DNA of 64,000 nt from an uncultured delta proteobacterium (GTDB lineage: Bacteria > Myxococcota > Myxococcia > SLRQ01): contig CAVSGM010000002.1 in assembly GCA_963727485.1 (NCBI GenBank), forward strand, positions 1,568,001 through 1,632,000, given 5' to 3'. Under the pieces are notes generated by a model, which was given only the letters and a program-made list of their open reading frames with translations, made no database searches and had not been told where the DNA came from. A program made the position numbers and the translations under genes. Every line of letters begins with the position of its first letter. Position 1 is the first letter of the stretch. Below are positions 1 to 10,447 of this stretch, piece after piece.

Positions 1-324
1 GGCACCGGCAAAGCCACGCAGGTCGCCACCGGCGTCGCCCGCTACCAGCTCCTCGACCAGGGCCTGGCGATGGTGCAGGCGCCGGCGACCACGGTCACCG
101 CCCAGCTCCAGATGGACGACGGGACCCTGAAGGAGCCCCTCCCGCTCACCCCGCTCACGCCGGCGACCCTCCTCCGGGACGGGAAGCAGACGCCGCTGGG
201 GACCGGGAACCTCGCCGACTGGCAGTTCGCCGGGGGCGCGGTGTTCAGGAGCCACCTCTACTTCGACGTCCTCGACGGCTTCGCCCCGGGGCCGGACAAC
301 GGGAGCGTGGTCTTCCAGCCGTGA
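1..324 (+). CDS. Hypothetical protein, C-terminal fragment (5' end outside window)
   Basis: Frame 1 is open from base 1 to TGA at 322-324 with strong GC3 bias; no family recognised. Confidence 0.75.
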   Translation, partial: GTGKATQVATGVARYQLLDQGLAMVQAPATTVTAQLQMDDGTLKEPLPLTPLTPATLLRDGKQTPLGTGNLADWQFAGGAVFRSHLYFDVLDGFAPGPDNGSVVFQP

Positions 325-375
325 CCGGCGCGGCGATGCGGGCCCCCGGCGGGCCCGGGCGGCCCCCGGCCCCCC

Positions 376-399
376 GGCTCCCCGGCTCCCCGGCTCCCC
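376..399. repeat. Tandem repeat (GGCTCCCC)x3 in intergenic region
   Basis: Three exact 8-bp copies at 376-383, 384-391 and 392-399, preceded by degenerate GGCCCCC units. Confidence 0.8.
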
Positions 400-487
400 G
401 GGGCCGTTGACGACACTTTGACGCCCCCGTGGCACGCTTGGGACCCTGGACCCGTCCCCCCCCGCCGACCCCCAAGGAGGCCTCCCG

Positions 488-1105
488 ATGAACCGCTCCC
501 CCGTCCGCTTCGCCGCCCTCCTCGCCGCCGCGGCCCTCCTTGGCCCCGTCCTCCCCGCCCGCGCCGGGGCGCCCACCCGGGCCGAGCAGGTGAAGACCGA
601 GCGGGCCCGGGCCCACCGCCTCACCCGCAAGAAGGCGATCCACAAGGCGATGCACGAGGCCAAGGGCAAGGGGATGCGCCCCTGCGCCGCGCTCGCCCGG
701 GCCACGGTCGCCGCGGGCAGGGACGTGGTCCTCCGGGGCGTGGATCCGGGCCTGATGCAGGCCCTGAGCACACTCGAGACCGCGAAGAACGTCGCCACCC
801 GCCACCACTCGGCCCGCCCGGGGGTGAAGCTCACCTTGGCCCAGTGGGGCGAGGTGGCCGGGAGCACCTGCCAGACCGAGCTCGACGACCTGAAGGCCGA
901 GCGCCGGCGGCTGGAGAAGACCGCGCCCAAGGCCAGCGCCGCCTCCAAGGCCTGCAAGGCCCTCGACCGGAAGCTGGAGAAGGCCTGCTACGCCGGGCTG
1001 CGGCAGGGGACGGTCTCCGACGCCTGTCACTCCCTCTCCAGCCTCGCCACCATGGGCCTCCCCCCGGGCCAGATGTGCAGCATCGGGGCCTCGATGATCC
1101 CCTGA
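488..1105 (+). CDS. Secreted helical, Cys-containing hypothetical protein (205 aa)
   Basis: AAGGAGG Shine-Dalgarno upstream; Sec signal peptide (MNRSPVRFAALLAAAALLGPVLPARA); Lys/Ala-rich helical body with 6 Cys; GC3 bias. Confidence 0.8.
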   Translation: MNRSPVRFAALLAAAALLGPVLPARAGAPTRAEQVKTERARAHRLTRKKAIHKAMHEAKGKGMRPCAALARATVAAGRDVVLRGVDPGLMQALSTLETAKNVATRHHSARPGVKLTLAQWGEVAGSTCQTELDDLKAERRRLEKTAPKASAASKACKALDRKLEKACYAGLRQGTVSDACHSLSSLATMGLPPGQMCSIGASMIP

Positions 1106-1132
1106 GCGGCGGTCTCTGGTACAAGGCCGGCC

Positions 1133-1639
1133 ATGACGCCGGTGCCGACGACCGACGAGGAGCGCTACTACCTCCGCCTCTTCCAGGGCGGGATCCTCAC
1201 CGCCTACGTGGCCATGGGGGCGGGGATCTGGCAGGCGGCGGTCCACCACGTCCACGCCGCCTGGCAGGGTCGGGGGCCGGTGAAGGTGACCCCGCCGGCG
1301 ACCCTGGAGCCCATGGCCCTCAAGGTCACGGCGGTGGGGGTGGGGCTGGCGGTGGTCTTCTACCTGGGGGCCATGTGGCTCCTGCGCCGGTCTCCCGCCG
1401 ACCGGTCCCGGGTGCGGCTGGTCAAGGGCTACGCCCTGCGCACCACCATCGCGGTGGCCCTCGCCTCCCTGCCGGCGGTGGTCCAGGCGGTGGCCTATCG
1501 AGGCGGGTACACCCAGGCCCTGGGCTATGCCTCGGCGGCGTCCCTGTCGGTGGTGCTCGTCACCTTCCCCCGGGTCCGGGGGCTGGCGGCCTTCCTCGGG
1601 CGCCGGGTCGAGTGGCTCCGGGCCCACGGCAGGACGTAG
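1133..1639 (+). CDS. Integral membrane hypothetical protein (about 4 TM)
   Basis: Four hydrophobic segments, GC3 bias, TG-G-TACAAG box 7 nt upstream of ATG. Confidence 0.75.
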   Translation: MTPVPTTDEERYYLRLFQGGILTAYVAMGAGIWQAAVHHVHAAWQGRGPVKVTPPATLEPMALKVTAVGVGLAVVFYLGAMWLLRRSPADRSRVRLVKGYALRTTIAVALASLPAVVQAVAYRGGYTQALGYASAASLSVVLVTFPRVRGLAAFLGRRVEWLRAHGRT

Positions 1640-1860
1640 AAGCCGGACCTGCCCACGTCCCGGTGGCGCTCGGCCGGGGGGCGGGGCCGCTCGACACCCG
1701 GCGCGGCGGTGGGCTCAAGGGGATGTCGCCGGTGGCCGATGGGTGTCGCATGACCCGTACGCCCAGCCAGGCCGGGTACCCGGGTCTTGCGGCGGAGGGG
1801 TCGCACCAGGAAGAATTGCCTCCCGCGTCGTCCCATGCCCACCCGCCCCCAGCGCCCGTC

Positions 1861-3813
1861 ATGAACCCCACCGGTCCCGAGGCCGACGCGGCGCCCGACG
1901 CCCAGGAGGCCCTCGCCGCCGAGGTCCAGTGGTACCGGACCCTCTTCGAGCAGGGGCCGGTGCCGATGATCATCTACGACCCGGAGACCCTCACCATCCT
2001 CGCCGCCAACCTCGCCACCGCCCGCCTCTACGGCTATCGCGCGCAGGTCTTCGACGGCATGAACATCGCCGAGCTCGCCGCCGACTCCCTGGAGGAGGTG
2101 CACCGCCGCAACGCCGGCCTCCCGGCGGAGGCCACGATCATCGGCGTGCTGCCCCACCGGCGCCGGGATGACACCGTGTTCCAGGCGGAGATCACCAGCC
2201 AGGCCATCGACTACCAGGGGCGCCCGGTGCGCCTGGCGGTGATCCTCGACGTCACCGAGCGCCAGGAGGCCGAGGTGGCCCTGCGCCGGAGCGAGGCGCG
2301 GTTTCGGGCCCTGGTGGAGAACAGCTCCGAGGGCGTCATCCTCCTCGACGCCGGGGGTCGCATCCTCTACGCCACCAGCGCCATCACGATGGTCCTCGGC
2401 CTGGACCCGGAGATCATCGCCGGCCGGCCGGCCCGCGACTTCGTTCACCCCGAGGACCAGGCGCGGGTGACCGCCCAGCTCGCCGAGTCCCTGGCGCATC
2501 CCGGGGTGCCCATCCGCCACGAGGCGCGCTACCGGCACCGGGACGGGGGCTGGCGCCACCTGGAGGTCGTGCGCGCCAACCATCTCGACGACCCGGCGGT
2601 GGGGGCGATGGTGAGCCACTTTCGCGACGTCACCGATCGCCGGGAGCTCGAGGCGCGGCTGCGGGTCGCCGATCGCATGGCCTCGGTGGGCACCCTGGCC
2701 GCCGGGGTGGCCCACGAGATCAACAACCCCCTGGCCTACGTCCTGGCCAACCTCGGCTTCGTCGCCGAGATGCTCGAGCCCCACCACCGGGTCTTCGGCG
2801 CCGACGCCGACGAGGTCTTCGCCGCCCTCGAGGAGGCGCGGTCCGGGGGCGAGCGGGTCCGGGAGATCGTCCGGGACCTCAAGACCTTCTCCCGGAGCGA
2901 GCCGCGCCGGGGGCCGGTGGACGTCCACGCCATCCTCGACGGCATGTGCGCCATGGCCCACAACGAGATCCGCCACCGGGCCCGGCTGGAGAAGGACTAC
3001 GCGTTGATGCTCCCCTTCGCCGACGGGGACGAGTCACACCTCGGCCAGGTGTTCCTGAACCTCCTGGTCAACGCCGCCCAGGCGATCCCCGAGGAAGAAG
3101 GCGATCGCCACACCATCGGTGTCCGCACCCGCGTCGGCGACGACGGATGGATCGAGGTGGAGGTCTCCGACGACGGGGTGGGCATCCCCGAGGAGGTGCG
3201 GGGGCGGATCTTCGATCCCTTCTTCACCACCAAGCCGGTGGGGGTGGGCACCGGCCTGGGGCTGTCCATCTGCCGCAACCTGATCACCGGGGACGGCGGC
3301 GAGATCGAGGTGGAGAGCGAGCGCGGGCAGGGCACCACCTTCCGGGTGCGCCTGCCCCGGAGCCAGGGCGAGACCCGACCCGAGGCGTCGGACGCGGCCG
3401 GGCCCGCAACCCCCACCGGGCCCCGGGGCCGGATCCTGGTGATCGACGACGAGCCCCTCATCGGCCGGGCGGTCCGCCGCATCCTCGGCGTCGAGCACGA
3501 GGTGGTGGTGGTCCCCGGCGCCGCCGCCGCCCTCGAGCGGTTGGGGGTGGAGCCCACCTTCGACCTGCTGCTGTGCGACGTGATGATGCCCGAGATGAGC
3601 GGCATGGAGCTCTGGGCCGCCCTCGAGGCGGTGGCGCCCTGGGCCCGGGCGCGGACGGTGTTCATGACCGGCGGCGCCTTCACCCCGGCGGCGGCGGCGT
3701 TCCTGCAGACCGTCGACGTCCCCAGGGTGGACAAGCCCTTCGACGCCCGGGCCCTCAAGGCGCTGGTCCGGGACCGGATGGCCGGCGCGGCGACCGCCGA
3801 CGAGGCGGGCTAG
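1861..3813 (+). CDS. Cytoplasmic hybrid sensor histidine kinase (2xPAS-HisKA-HATPase-REC)
   Basis: PAS motifs (FRALVENSSEGVILLD, FVHPED), H-box AHEINNPL, N-box QVFLNLLVNAAQA, G-boxes DDGVGI/GTGLGL, REC ILVIDDE...LLCDVMMPEMSG...FMTGG...KPF. The upstream part of ORF 418..3813 is a shadow frame; start placed at ATG 1861. Confidence 0.92.
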   Translation: MNPTGPEADAAPDAQEALAAEVQWYRTLFEQGPVPMIIYDPETLTILAANLATARLYGYRAQVFDGMNIAELAADSLEEVHRRNAGLPAEATIIGVLPHRRRDDTVFQAEITSQAIDYQGRPVRLAVILDVTERQEAEVALRRSEARFRALVENSSEGVILLDAGGRILYATSAITMVLGLDPEIIAGRPARDFVHPEDQARVTAQLAESLAHPGVPIRHEARYRHRDGGWRHLEVVRANHLDDPAVGAMVSHFRDVTDRRELEARLRVADRMASVGTLAAGVAHEINNPLAYVLANLGFVAEMLEPHHRVFGADADEVFAALEEARSGGERVREIVRDLKTFSRSEPRRGPVDVHAILDGMCAMAHNEIRHRARLEKDYALMLPFADGDESHLGQVFLNLLVNAAQAIPEEEGDRHTIGVRTRVGDDGWIEVEVSDDGVGIPEEVRGRIFDPFFTTKPVGVGTGLGLSICRNLITGDGGEIEVESERGQGTTFRVRLPRSQGETRPEASDAAGPATPTGPRGRILVIDDEPLIGRAVRRILGVEHEVVVVPGAAAALERLGVEPTFDLLLCDVMMPEMSGMELWAALEAVAPWARARTVFMTGGAFTPAAAAFLQTVDVPRVDKPFDARALKALVRDRMAGAATADEAG

Positions 3814-5189
3814 AGAGGCGCCAACTGCGCCTCGGTGGGCTCCGCTCAGCAGTACCAGGGCTCGGTGAGGTAGGGGACGGTGCACGGCGCCGGGGCCGGG
3901 TCCACGGGCGGCGGCGCGGTGTCCCCGATCGCCGCGGTGGCCAGGTCCCAGATCCGGCGGAACAGGGCCCGGCGGTCGGCGCCCGGGCCCGCCTCGGCGG
4001 CGACCGCGGCGACGTGGCGCTGGAGGGCGTCGACCCTGGGATCCGGGTGCACCCAGGGGTGGGCGAGGCGCGGCGGGTCCACCTCGCCCACCGCGTCCCG
4101 GACCTCGGCGAGCTCCAGGAGCCTCGATCCCGCGGGGACCAGCAGGCGCAGGGTGAGCTGCACCGGGGCGGTGGCGTCGACGAGCCCGAGGGCGGCGAGC
4201 TCGGCGAGGAACGCGCGGTAGCCCGAGAGGGTGGTCCAGGGGTGGAAGGGGATGAAGGTCGGCGAGAGGGTCAGCCCCGCTGCTCGCGCACGCGGCACCA
4301 GGCGGCGGACGTCGGCGGCGGTGTGGCCCTTGTCGAGGCGGGCGAGGACGGCGTCGTCGAAGCTCTCCACCGCGGTGGTCACGAACAGGCACCCGGTGTC
4401 CGCCAGGGTCTCCATCGCCTCCGGGCGCTCCAGGAGGTGGGTGACCTTCACGGTGACGTCGTAGGTGAGCTCGGGGAAGCGGGCGTGGAGAGCGCGGACC
4501 AGCGGCAGGGCATGGCCCGGGCCGTTGAGGAAGTCCGGGTCGCCGAAGGTGAGGTGCTGCGCGCCGGCGGCGACCTGCTGCGCCACGTCGGCGAGGACCA
4601 CCGCCTGGGGGACGACGCGGAAGCGCCCGCCGTAGACCGGGACCACCGGGCAGTGGCGGCAGGTGTGCTTGCAGCCGCGGCTGGCCTCGGTGTAGCCGGC
4701 GACCCGCTCGGCGCCGCCCGCCCGGACCTTCGCGTAGCCCGAGAGCGAGGGGAGGCCGGTGCGGTCGGGGACCTTGAGGTCGAGGCGGTCCAGGGGCGCG
4801 GCCTCCCGGGGCGCCAGGTCGGCGGCGAGGGCGACCAGCTCGGCCTCGAGCTCACCGCCGAGGATCGCGGTGACCCCCAGCGACCGGAGGTAGCCGGCGT
4901 TCAGCGGGGCGTAGAGGCCGAAGCCGCAGAGGGTGGCGGTGGGGTTCAGGGCGCGGATCCGGGGGAGGACCTCGGCGGCGATGCGGGTGGCGGTGTGCAT
5001 GGGCAGGTGGAGGGCCACCAGCTCCGCGGCGCCCACCGCCTCGGGGTCGAGCTTCTCCCGGGAGAGGTCCTGGACGAGCACCCGGTGGCCCGCGGCCGAA
5101 AGCCACGCCGCCGCCTCGGCCACCGCGAAGGACGGGTGGCCGAGCTCGTAGGTGGACAGGAGGAGGACGGTCCTTGGCACGGCGGCCAC
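3810..5189 (-). CDS. B12-binding-like/radical SAM selenoprotein of the CUAEP/CCAEP-tail type (Sec at TGA 3846-3848; true stop TAG 3810-3812)
   Basis: CxxxCxxC (RGCKHTCRHC); N-terminal STYELGH...LPMHTATR; read-through of TGA gives PYLTEPWYC-U-AEPTEAQLAPL*, matching the family-defining C-U/C-A-E-P tail. Start may be GTG 5180. Confidence 0.88.
3815..3833 (-). promoter_or_regulatory. Putative bacterial SECIS hairpin
   Basis: On the minus strand, 12 nt after the in-frame UGA: GAGGCGC-AGUUG-GCGCCUC, a perfect 7-bp stem with a G-containing loop. Confidence 0.65.
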
Positions 5190-5254
5190 GGTAGGCCCGG
5201 GGGCGACGCGGGCGCAACGGCGACGACCGCGGGCGGGCGTGCTAGACAGTCCCC

Positions 5255-6135
5255 ATGAAGCCCGCGATCCTGGTCCACGGCGGCGCCGGCCGCATCGCCG
5301 CCGACGACGTGGCCCGGGCCTGCGCCGACGGGTGCCTGGTCGCCGCCCGGGCCGGCCACGCGGTCCTCGCCGCCGGCGGCTCGGCCCTCGACGCGGTGCA
5401 GGCGGCGGCGGTGGTCCTCGAGGACGACCCGAGCTTCAACGCCGGCACCGGCGCCACCCTCAACCTCGACGGCGAGGTGGAGCACGACGCGATGCTCATG
5501 GACGGCGCCGGCCTGCGCGCCGGGGGGGTGTGCGTGCTCCGGGGGTACCCGCACCCCATCCTCGTCGCTCGGGCGGTCCTCGACGACGGTCAGCACGTCC
5601 TCCTCGCCGCCGAGGGCGCCGCCCGCTTCGCCCGGGAGCGGGGCCTGATGCCGGTGCCGCCGGCGCAGCTGGTGACCGCCCGGGCCCTCGAGCGCTGGCA
5701 CCGGGAGCGTGACGCCGGGTGGCCCAGGCGCCCGGGGACCATCGGGGCGGTGGCCGTCGACGCCGCCGGCCACGTCGCCGCCGCCACCAGCACCGGGGGC
5801 ATCAGCGGCAAGCTCCCCGGCCGGGTGGGCGACACCCCGCTCCCCGGGGCCGGGACCTACGCCGACGACCTCGCCGGCGCCGCCAGCGCCACCGGGTTCG
5901 GCGAGGGGATCATGCGGGTGGTCATGGCCAAGGTCGCCGTCGATCGCGTCGCCGCCGGCGACGACGCCCAGCGCGCCGCCGAGGCGGCGGTGGCGGCCCT
6001 GGGGCGGGTCCGCGGCGAGGGGGGATCATCGTCGTCGACCGCGCCGGGCGCCTGGGCTTCGCCTTCAACAGCGAGCGGATGAGCCGGGCCTGGGTCGACG
6101 GCGACGGCCACGCCGAGCGCGGGTTTGAGCCCTAG
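5255..6135 (+). CDS. Isoaspartyl peptidase/L-asparaginase (Ntn hydrolase); -1 frameshift in G-run 6019-6024
   Basis: ILVHGGAG, LEDDPSFNAGTGA, autocleavage G-TIGAVAVD, ATSTGG, GRVGDTP; C-terminus GGIIVVDRAGRLGFAFNSERMSRA lies in the next frame (ORF 5719..6135). Confidence 0.9.
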
Positions 6136-7698
6136 ACGGGGGATCCCCGGGCGTCGTCCTCGGCGAGGCGCCGGGCCACCTCGGCCCGGAGCGCCTCGGG
6201 GTCGAAGGGCTTGACCATCACCGGCGGGTGCTCCCGGGCGAGGAACGCGTCCGCCAGCTCGGTGAAGGCCCCGCCGGTGAGGAAGAGGATCCGCCGGCGC
6301 ACCTCCGGGGCGACCGCCTCCCACAGGTCCATGCCGGTGACCTCGGGCATCATCAGGTCGCAGACGATGACGTCGAAGCGCTCTCCCGAGGCGAGACGGT
6401 CGAGGGCCTCGGCGGCCCGGTGGGTGACCACCACCTCGTGCTTCGAGCCCAGGGTGCGGCGGATGGCGAGGCCGATGAGGGCCTCGTCGTCGACCACCAG
6501 GATCCGGCCCCGGCGGCTGGGGGGGCGGGCCTCCGGGGTCGCGGCCGCCGCGCGGCCGGGCGCCTCCGCGCCCAGGGGCAGGCGGACGGTGACGGTGGTG
6601 CCGGCGCCGGGGGCGCTGTCCACCTCGATGCGCCCCCCGAGGCTGGTGACGATCCCGTGGGCCACCGCGAGGCCGAGGCCGGTGCCGTGACCCTGGGGTC
6701 GCGTGGTGTAGAAGGGGTCGAAGATCTGCCGGCGCACGGTCTCGCTCATCCCCGTGCCGGTGTCCCCGATGGTGAGGGTCGCGTGATCCGAGCCGGTCTC
6801 CACGGCGACGGTGATCTGGTGGCGCTCCACCTCCCCGGCGGGGATGGCCCGGGCGGCGTTGACCAGAAGCGGGAGCACCACCTGGCCCAACCGTCCGCGA
6901 TCCCCGGCGACCGGCACCGGGCCCTCGGGGACCCGGCGCACCAGCCGGGCCCGGTGGCCGATCTCGTTGCCGGTCAGGTCGAGGCAGAGGTCGAGGACGT
7001 CCACCAGGTCCACCGTCTCGGTGGGCGCCAGGTCGGCGCGGGCGAAGGCCCGGAGGTCGGCGACGGTGGCGACCACCCGCTCGGCGCCGCCCCGGGCATC
7101 GGCGAGGGCGACCTCGAGCTCGGCGAGGCGCGCCGGAATCCACCGCCGCCAGCGCGCCCGCCGCGCCCAGGGCCTCGAGCTCCTCCCGGACGAAGTCGAG
7201 GTTGGCGGTGAGGTAGGCCAGGGGGTTGTTCATCTCGTGGGAGAGGCCGGCGGCGAGGGTGCCCAGGGCGGTGAGGCGGTCGTGCTCCAGGACCTTGGCC
7301 ATCAGCGCCCGGCGCTCGGTGAGATCGCGGATCACGCCCAGGACCAGCGGGCCCCCGAGGGCGAGCTTCACCAGGTGCAGCTCCACCGGCACCGCCTCCC
7401 CGTCGGCGCGACGGAGGAGGGCCTCGGCCGCCGAGGGGGAGCCGCCGTCGGCGACCGCGAGGATCGTGGCCCAGGTCGGCTGGCTCTGCGGGTGCACCAG
7501 GACCTCGGGGGCGAGGCCCTCGAGGGCGCCGGGGCCCGGGTGGCCGAGGAGGGTGGCCAGGGCCTCGTTCGCCCGGTGGATCCGACCTTCGCGGAGGACG
7601 AGCACGCCGTCGGGGAGGGCGTCGATCAGGTGGCGCAGGGCGAGGCGGGCGCTCGTGGTGAGGGTTCGCGCCAGGTCTTCGGGGGGATCATGGGTCAT
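6132..7698 (-). CDS. Hybrid sensor histidine kinase (PAS-HisKA-HATPase-REC); +1 frameshift near 7137
   Basis: Start MTHDPPE at 7698; PAS (LIDALPDGVLV), H-box SHEMNNPL in frame of ORF 5857..9357; HATPase and REC (ILVVDDE, CDLMMPE, FLTGGAFT) in ORF 6132..7076. Confidence 0.88.
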
Positions 7699-9354
7699 GG
7701 GCCGCACGGGGGTCGACCGTTCCATCGGTCGCGCGGCCACTGTCTTGAACGCCCCAGGGTCGAGGCCTGGCGGCGACGATCCTCCCCTGGGCGTCCGTGG
7801 TGAGCACCGGGCCAAAGACGCCCAGGTCCTCCCGGGTCCACCATCGGCCGGTCTTCGCCCTCTGGGCCCAGGTGGTGAACCAGGTAGCGCCAGCGCACCA
7901 CCCGGACCTCCTTGGGGGGGGCGGTGGGGAACGGGTCCCGGGCGAAGAGGGCGAGGACCTGGGGCTGGCCCCGGAGGAGCAGCGCCTCCGTGCGCAGGAC
8001 CCAGGGGTCGTCGCGCCAGCTTCGGTCCAGGGAGGCGAACCACAGGTCCCAGTCGAAGCGCGGCTGGTAGGGGGCGTAGATCCCCGGGGCGGCCCTGGGG
8101 TCCTGGGGCTTGAAGGCGAAGCCGTAGGGCTTGAAGTGGACCCCGTCGTCGGAGCCCTGGAACTCGAGCTCGTAGCGCCTCCGGGTCATCACCGCGAAGA
8201 GGCCGTAGGCGTTGGCCACCCGCCAGCCCTGGAGCCGGGCCACCGGGGCGGTGAGCGCCCGGGGCAGGGGGCGGCCGGGGACCCCGGGGAAGAGGATAAC
8301 GGTGCTGTAGAAGATGAGGCCGAGGACGGCGCCCCGGCCGGCGAGGCGCCAGGTCGCCGGGGCGGGTGAGGGGGCGTGCGCGGGGGCGGGCGGCGTCGCC
8401 TCGGGCGCGGCCTCGGGCGTCACCGGCACGGCCCGCGGCGGAAGGCCCAGGCGCCCGAAGACCCCGTCGTCGAGGAGGAGGAATCCCCAGCGAGAGCACC
8501 AGGTAGTTGAGAAAGGCGTAGTTCGCCGTGAGGATGATGCCCGCCTGGAAGGTGGTGACCACGGCGAAGAGGGCGACGCGGACCTTCCGCCGCGGCACCA
8601 CCACCAGCCACACGCCGAGAAGCTCCAGGGTCAGGGTCGCCAGCGCGGTGGCCGCGTGGAACCAGTGGGGCAGGTGCTGCGCGTACCAGGCGATCCAGGT
8701 GGGGAGCGGCCCGTTCTCGTAGTAGTGGTCCATGGCGGTGAGGTGCCGCCACTCGGGGTCGCCGCCGAGGATCTTGGCGACCCCGCTCTCGGCGTAGATC
8801 CGCAGCCACTCCCACATCAGGAGCCACCGCGCGGCGCGCGAGGGAGGCGAGGCGGCGCCGAGGCCGGGCTTCAGCCCCGGGGGCGAGAGGAACCAGGAGA
8901 GCACGCCGGCGGCGATGAGCATCCCGTCGCTCTGGTAGGCGGCGAAGGCCTGGGCCACCCACACGAAGCTGCCGAACATCCCCGTGGCCACGACCAGGCT
9001 CGCCCTCGGCCAGAGGTTGAAGAGGAGCGCCACCGAGGCGGCGAGGCCCAGGACCCAGAGGGCGGTGAGCATCCCGCTTCCGCTCCCGAGCCAGAGCACC
9101 GAGGGGAAGCGCCACACCCCCGAGGCGACGCCCACGGTCTGCTTCACCGAGTCGAGGAACATCCGCGCCGGGAGGATCCCGTGGGGGCCGATGAGCCCGT
9201 GGATCTGGAAGGCCAGGCTCACGAAGGCGGAGCCGAAGAGGACCGCCAGGGCCCGGAGCCACAGCCACCTGGCCCAGAGGAACCCCGGCCGGCGCGTGTC
9301 CGGGCCGAGGAGCCAGGCGAGGCGGTGGCGGAAGGCGGCGAGACGGGCGGGCAT
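7688..9354 (-). CDS. Lipase maturation factor (LMF1-like) family membrane protein; frameshifts near 8482 and 7883
   Basis: WLWLRALAVLFGSAFVSL...LIGPHGILPA, ESGVAKILGGDPEWRHLTAMDHYYENGPLP, TANYAFLNYL, then NAYGLFAVMTRRRYELEFQGS and PYQPRFDWDLWFA, then YWFTT...GRWWTRE across three frames. Exact 3' end uncertain. Confidence 0.85.
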
Positions 9355-9420
9355 CACCTCCAGGTGCTACGCCAAGGCAGCGGGTTGTGGCGAGGGGGGC
9401 GGCGGTGCCATCCTCGGGTC

Positions 9421-10447
9421 ATGGCTGCCCGCACACCCCCGACCCGTCGCCTGCCCCTCGTCCTCGCCGTGCTGCTGCTCGCCGCGCCGCTCACCCCGGC
9501 CCTCGCCGACACGCCCCAGGCGCCCACCGGCAACGAGATCAGCCCCCACTTCCTCCTGGGGACCTTCGCCCTCTCGCCGAAGCACGCGATCCTCGACGGG
9601 GACACCATCCGGGTGGTCGGCCTCGATCACACCCTGCGGCTCCTCGGCATCGACACCGAGGAGATCTATCACCACAAAGGCCGCAAGGAGATGGCGGACC
9701 GGGACTTCGCCGCCTACTACAAGAAGATCCGCGGCACCGGCCGGCCGGTGAAGACCGGGACGCCCATGGGCGTGGCCGCGATGAAGTGGGCGGAGCAGTT
9801 CTTCCAGGGCATCCACGACGTGCGCCTGGAGTACGACGGCCTCGACCGCAAGCACGGCTACTACGACCGGTACCTGGTCTACGTGTTCGCCAAGAAGCAC
9901 GGCCACTGGGTGAACTACAACCTGGCGGCGGTGCGCGCGGGGATGGCGCCGTACTTCGTCAAGTACGGGCGGCTGGCGCGCTTCGACGCGGCGTTTCGCA
10001 AGGCCCAGGCCGAGGCCCGGGCCGAGCACCTGGGGATCTGGAACCCCAAGAAGAAGCACTACCCCGACTACCCCGAGCGCCTGAAGTGGTGGCGGCGCCG
10101 GGCCGACGCCCTGGCGCACTACCAAAAGGCCCACGCCCACGACGCGGGCTACGTGGAGCTGGGGATCCACGGGGCGATGGAGAAGCTCAAGGCGATGAAG
10201 GGGAAGGTGGTCACCGTCTTCGGCGCCGCCGAGGAGGTCCGCCGGAAGAAGGCGCCCTGGCTCTTCCCCCTGGGTCACCACCTGGGCAACGACTTCGAGC
10301 TGGTGGCCTTCACCAAGGCGCAGCTGAAGTTCCTCGCCCCGGACAAGTGGGAAGGCGACTACGTCTACGTCCGGGGCAAGGTGAGCCTCTACCACGGCCG
10401 GCCGGAGATGACGGCCAGGGACGTGCAGAAGATTCTGGCGGGAGTGA
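9421..10447 (+). CDS. Secreted thermonuclease (SNase-like) with C-terminal OB-fold-like domain
   Basis: Signal peptide; ILDGDTI...LRLLGIDTEE; YDRYLVYV; AQAEARAEHLGIW. As sequenced it reads in-frame into the next gene; removing one T at GATTC 10431-10435 gives ...KIWRE-TGA (10445-10447) overlapping the next ATG. Confidence 0.8.

Noticed and set aside
430..445. Sigma54 promoter (TGGCAC) upstream of gene 488
   Set aside because: The -12 TTGC element is not at the required spacing.
5857..9357. LMF-PAS-kinase fusion suggested by the 1166-aa ORF
   Set aside because: An artefact of frameshifts: LMF leaves this frame near 8482 and the kinase enters it at ATG 7698. The intervening translation is shadow sequence.
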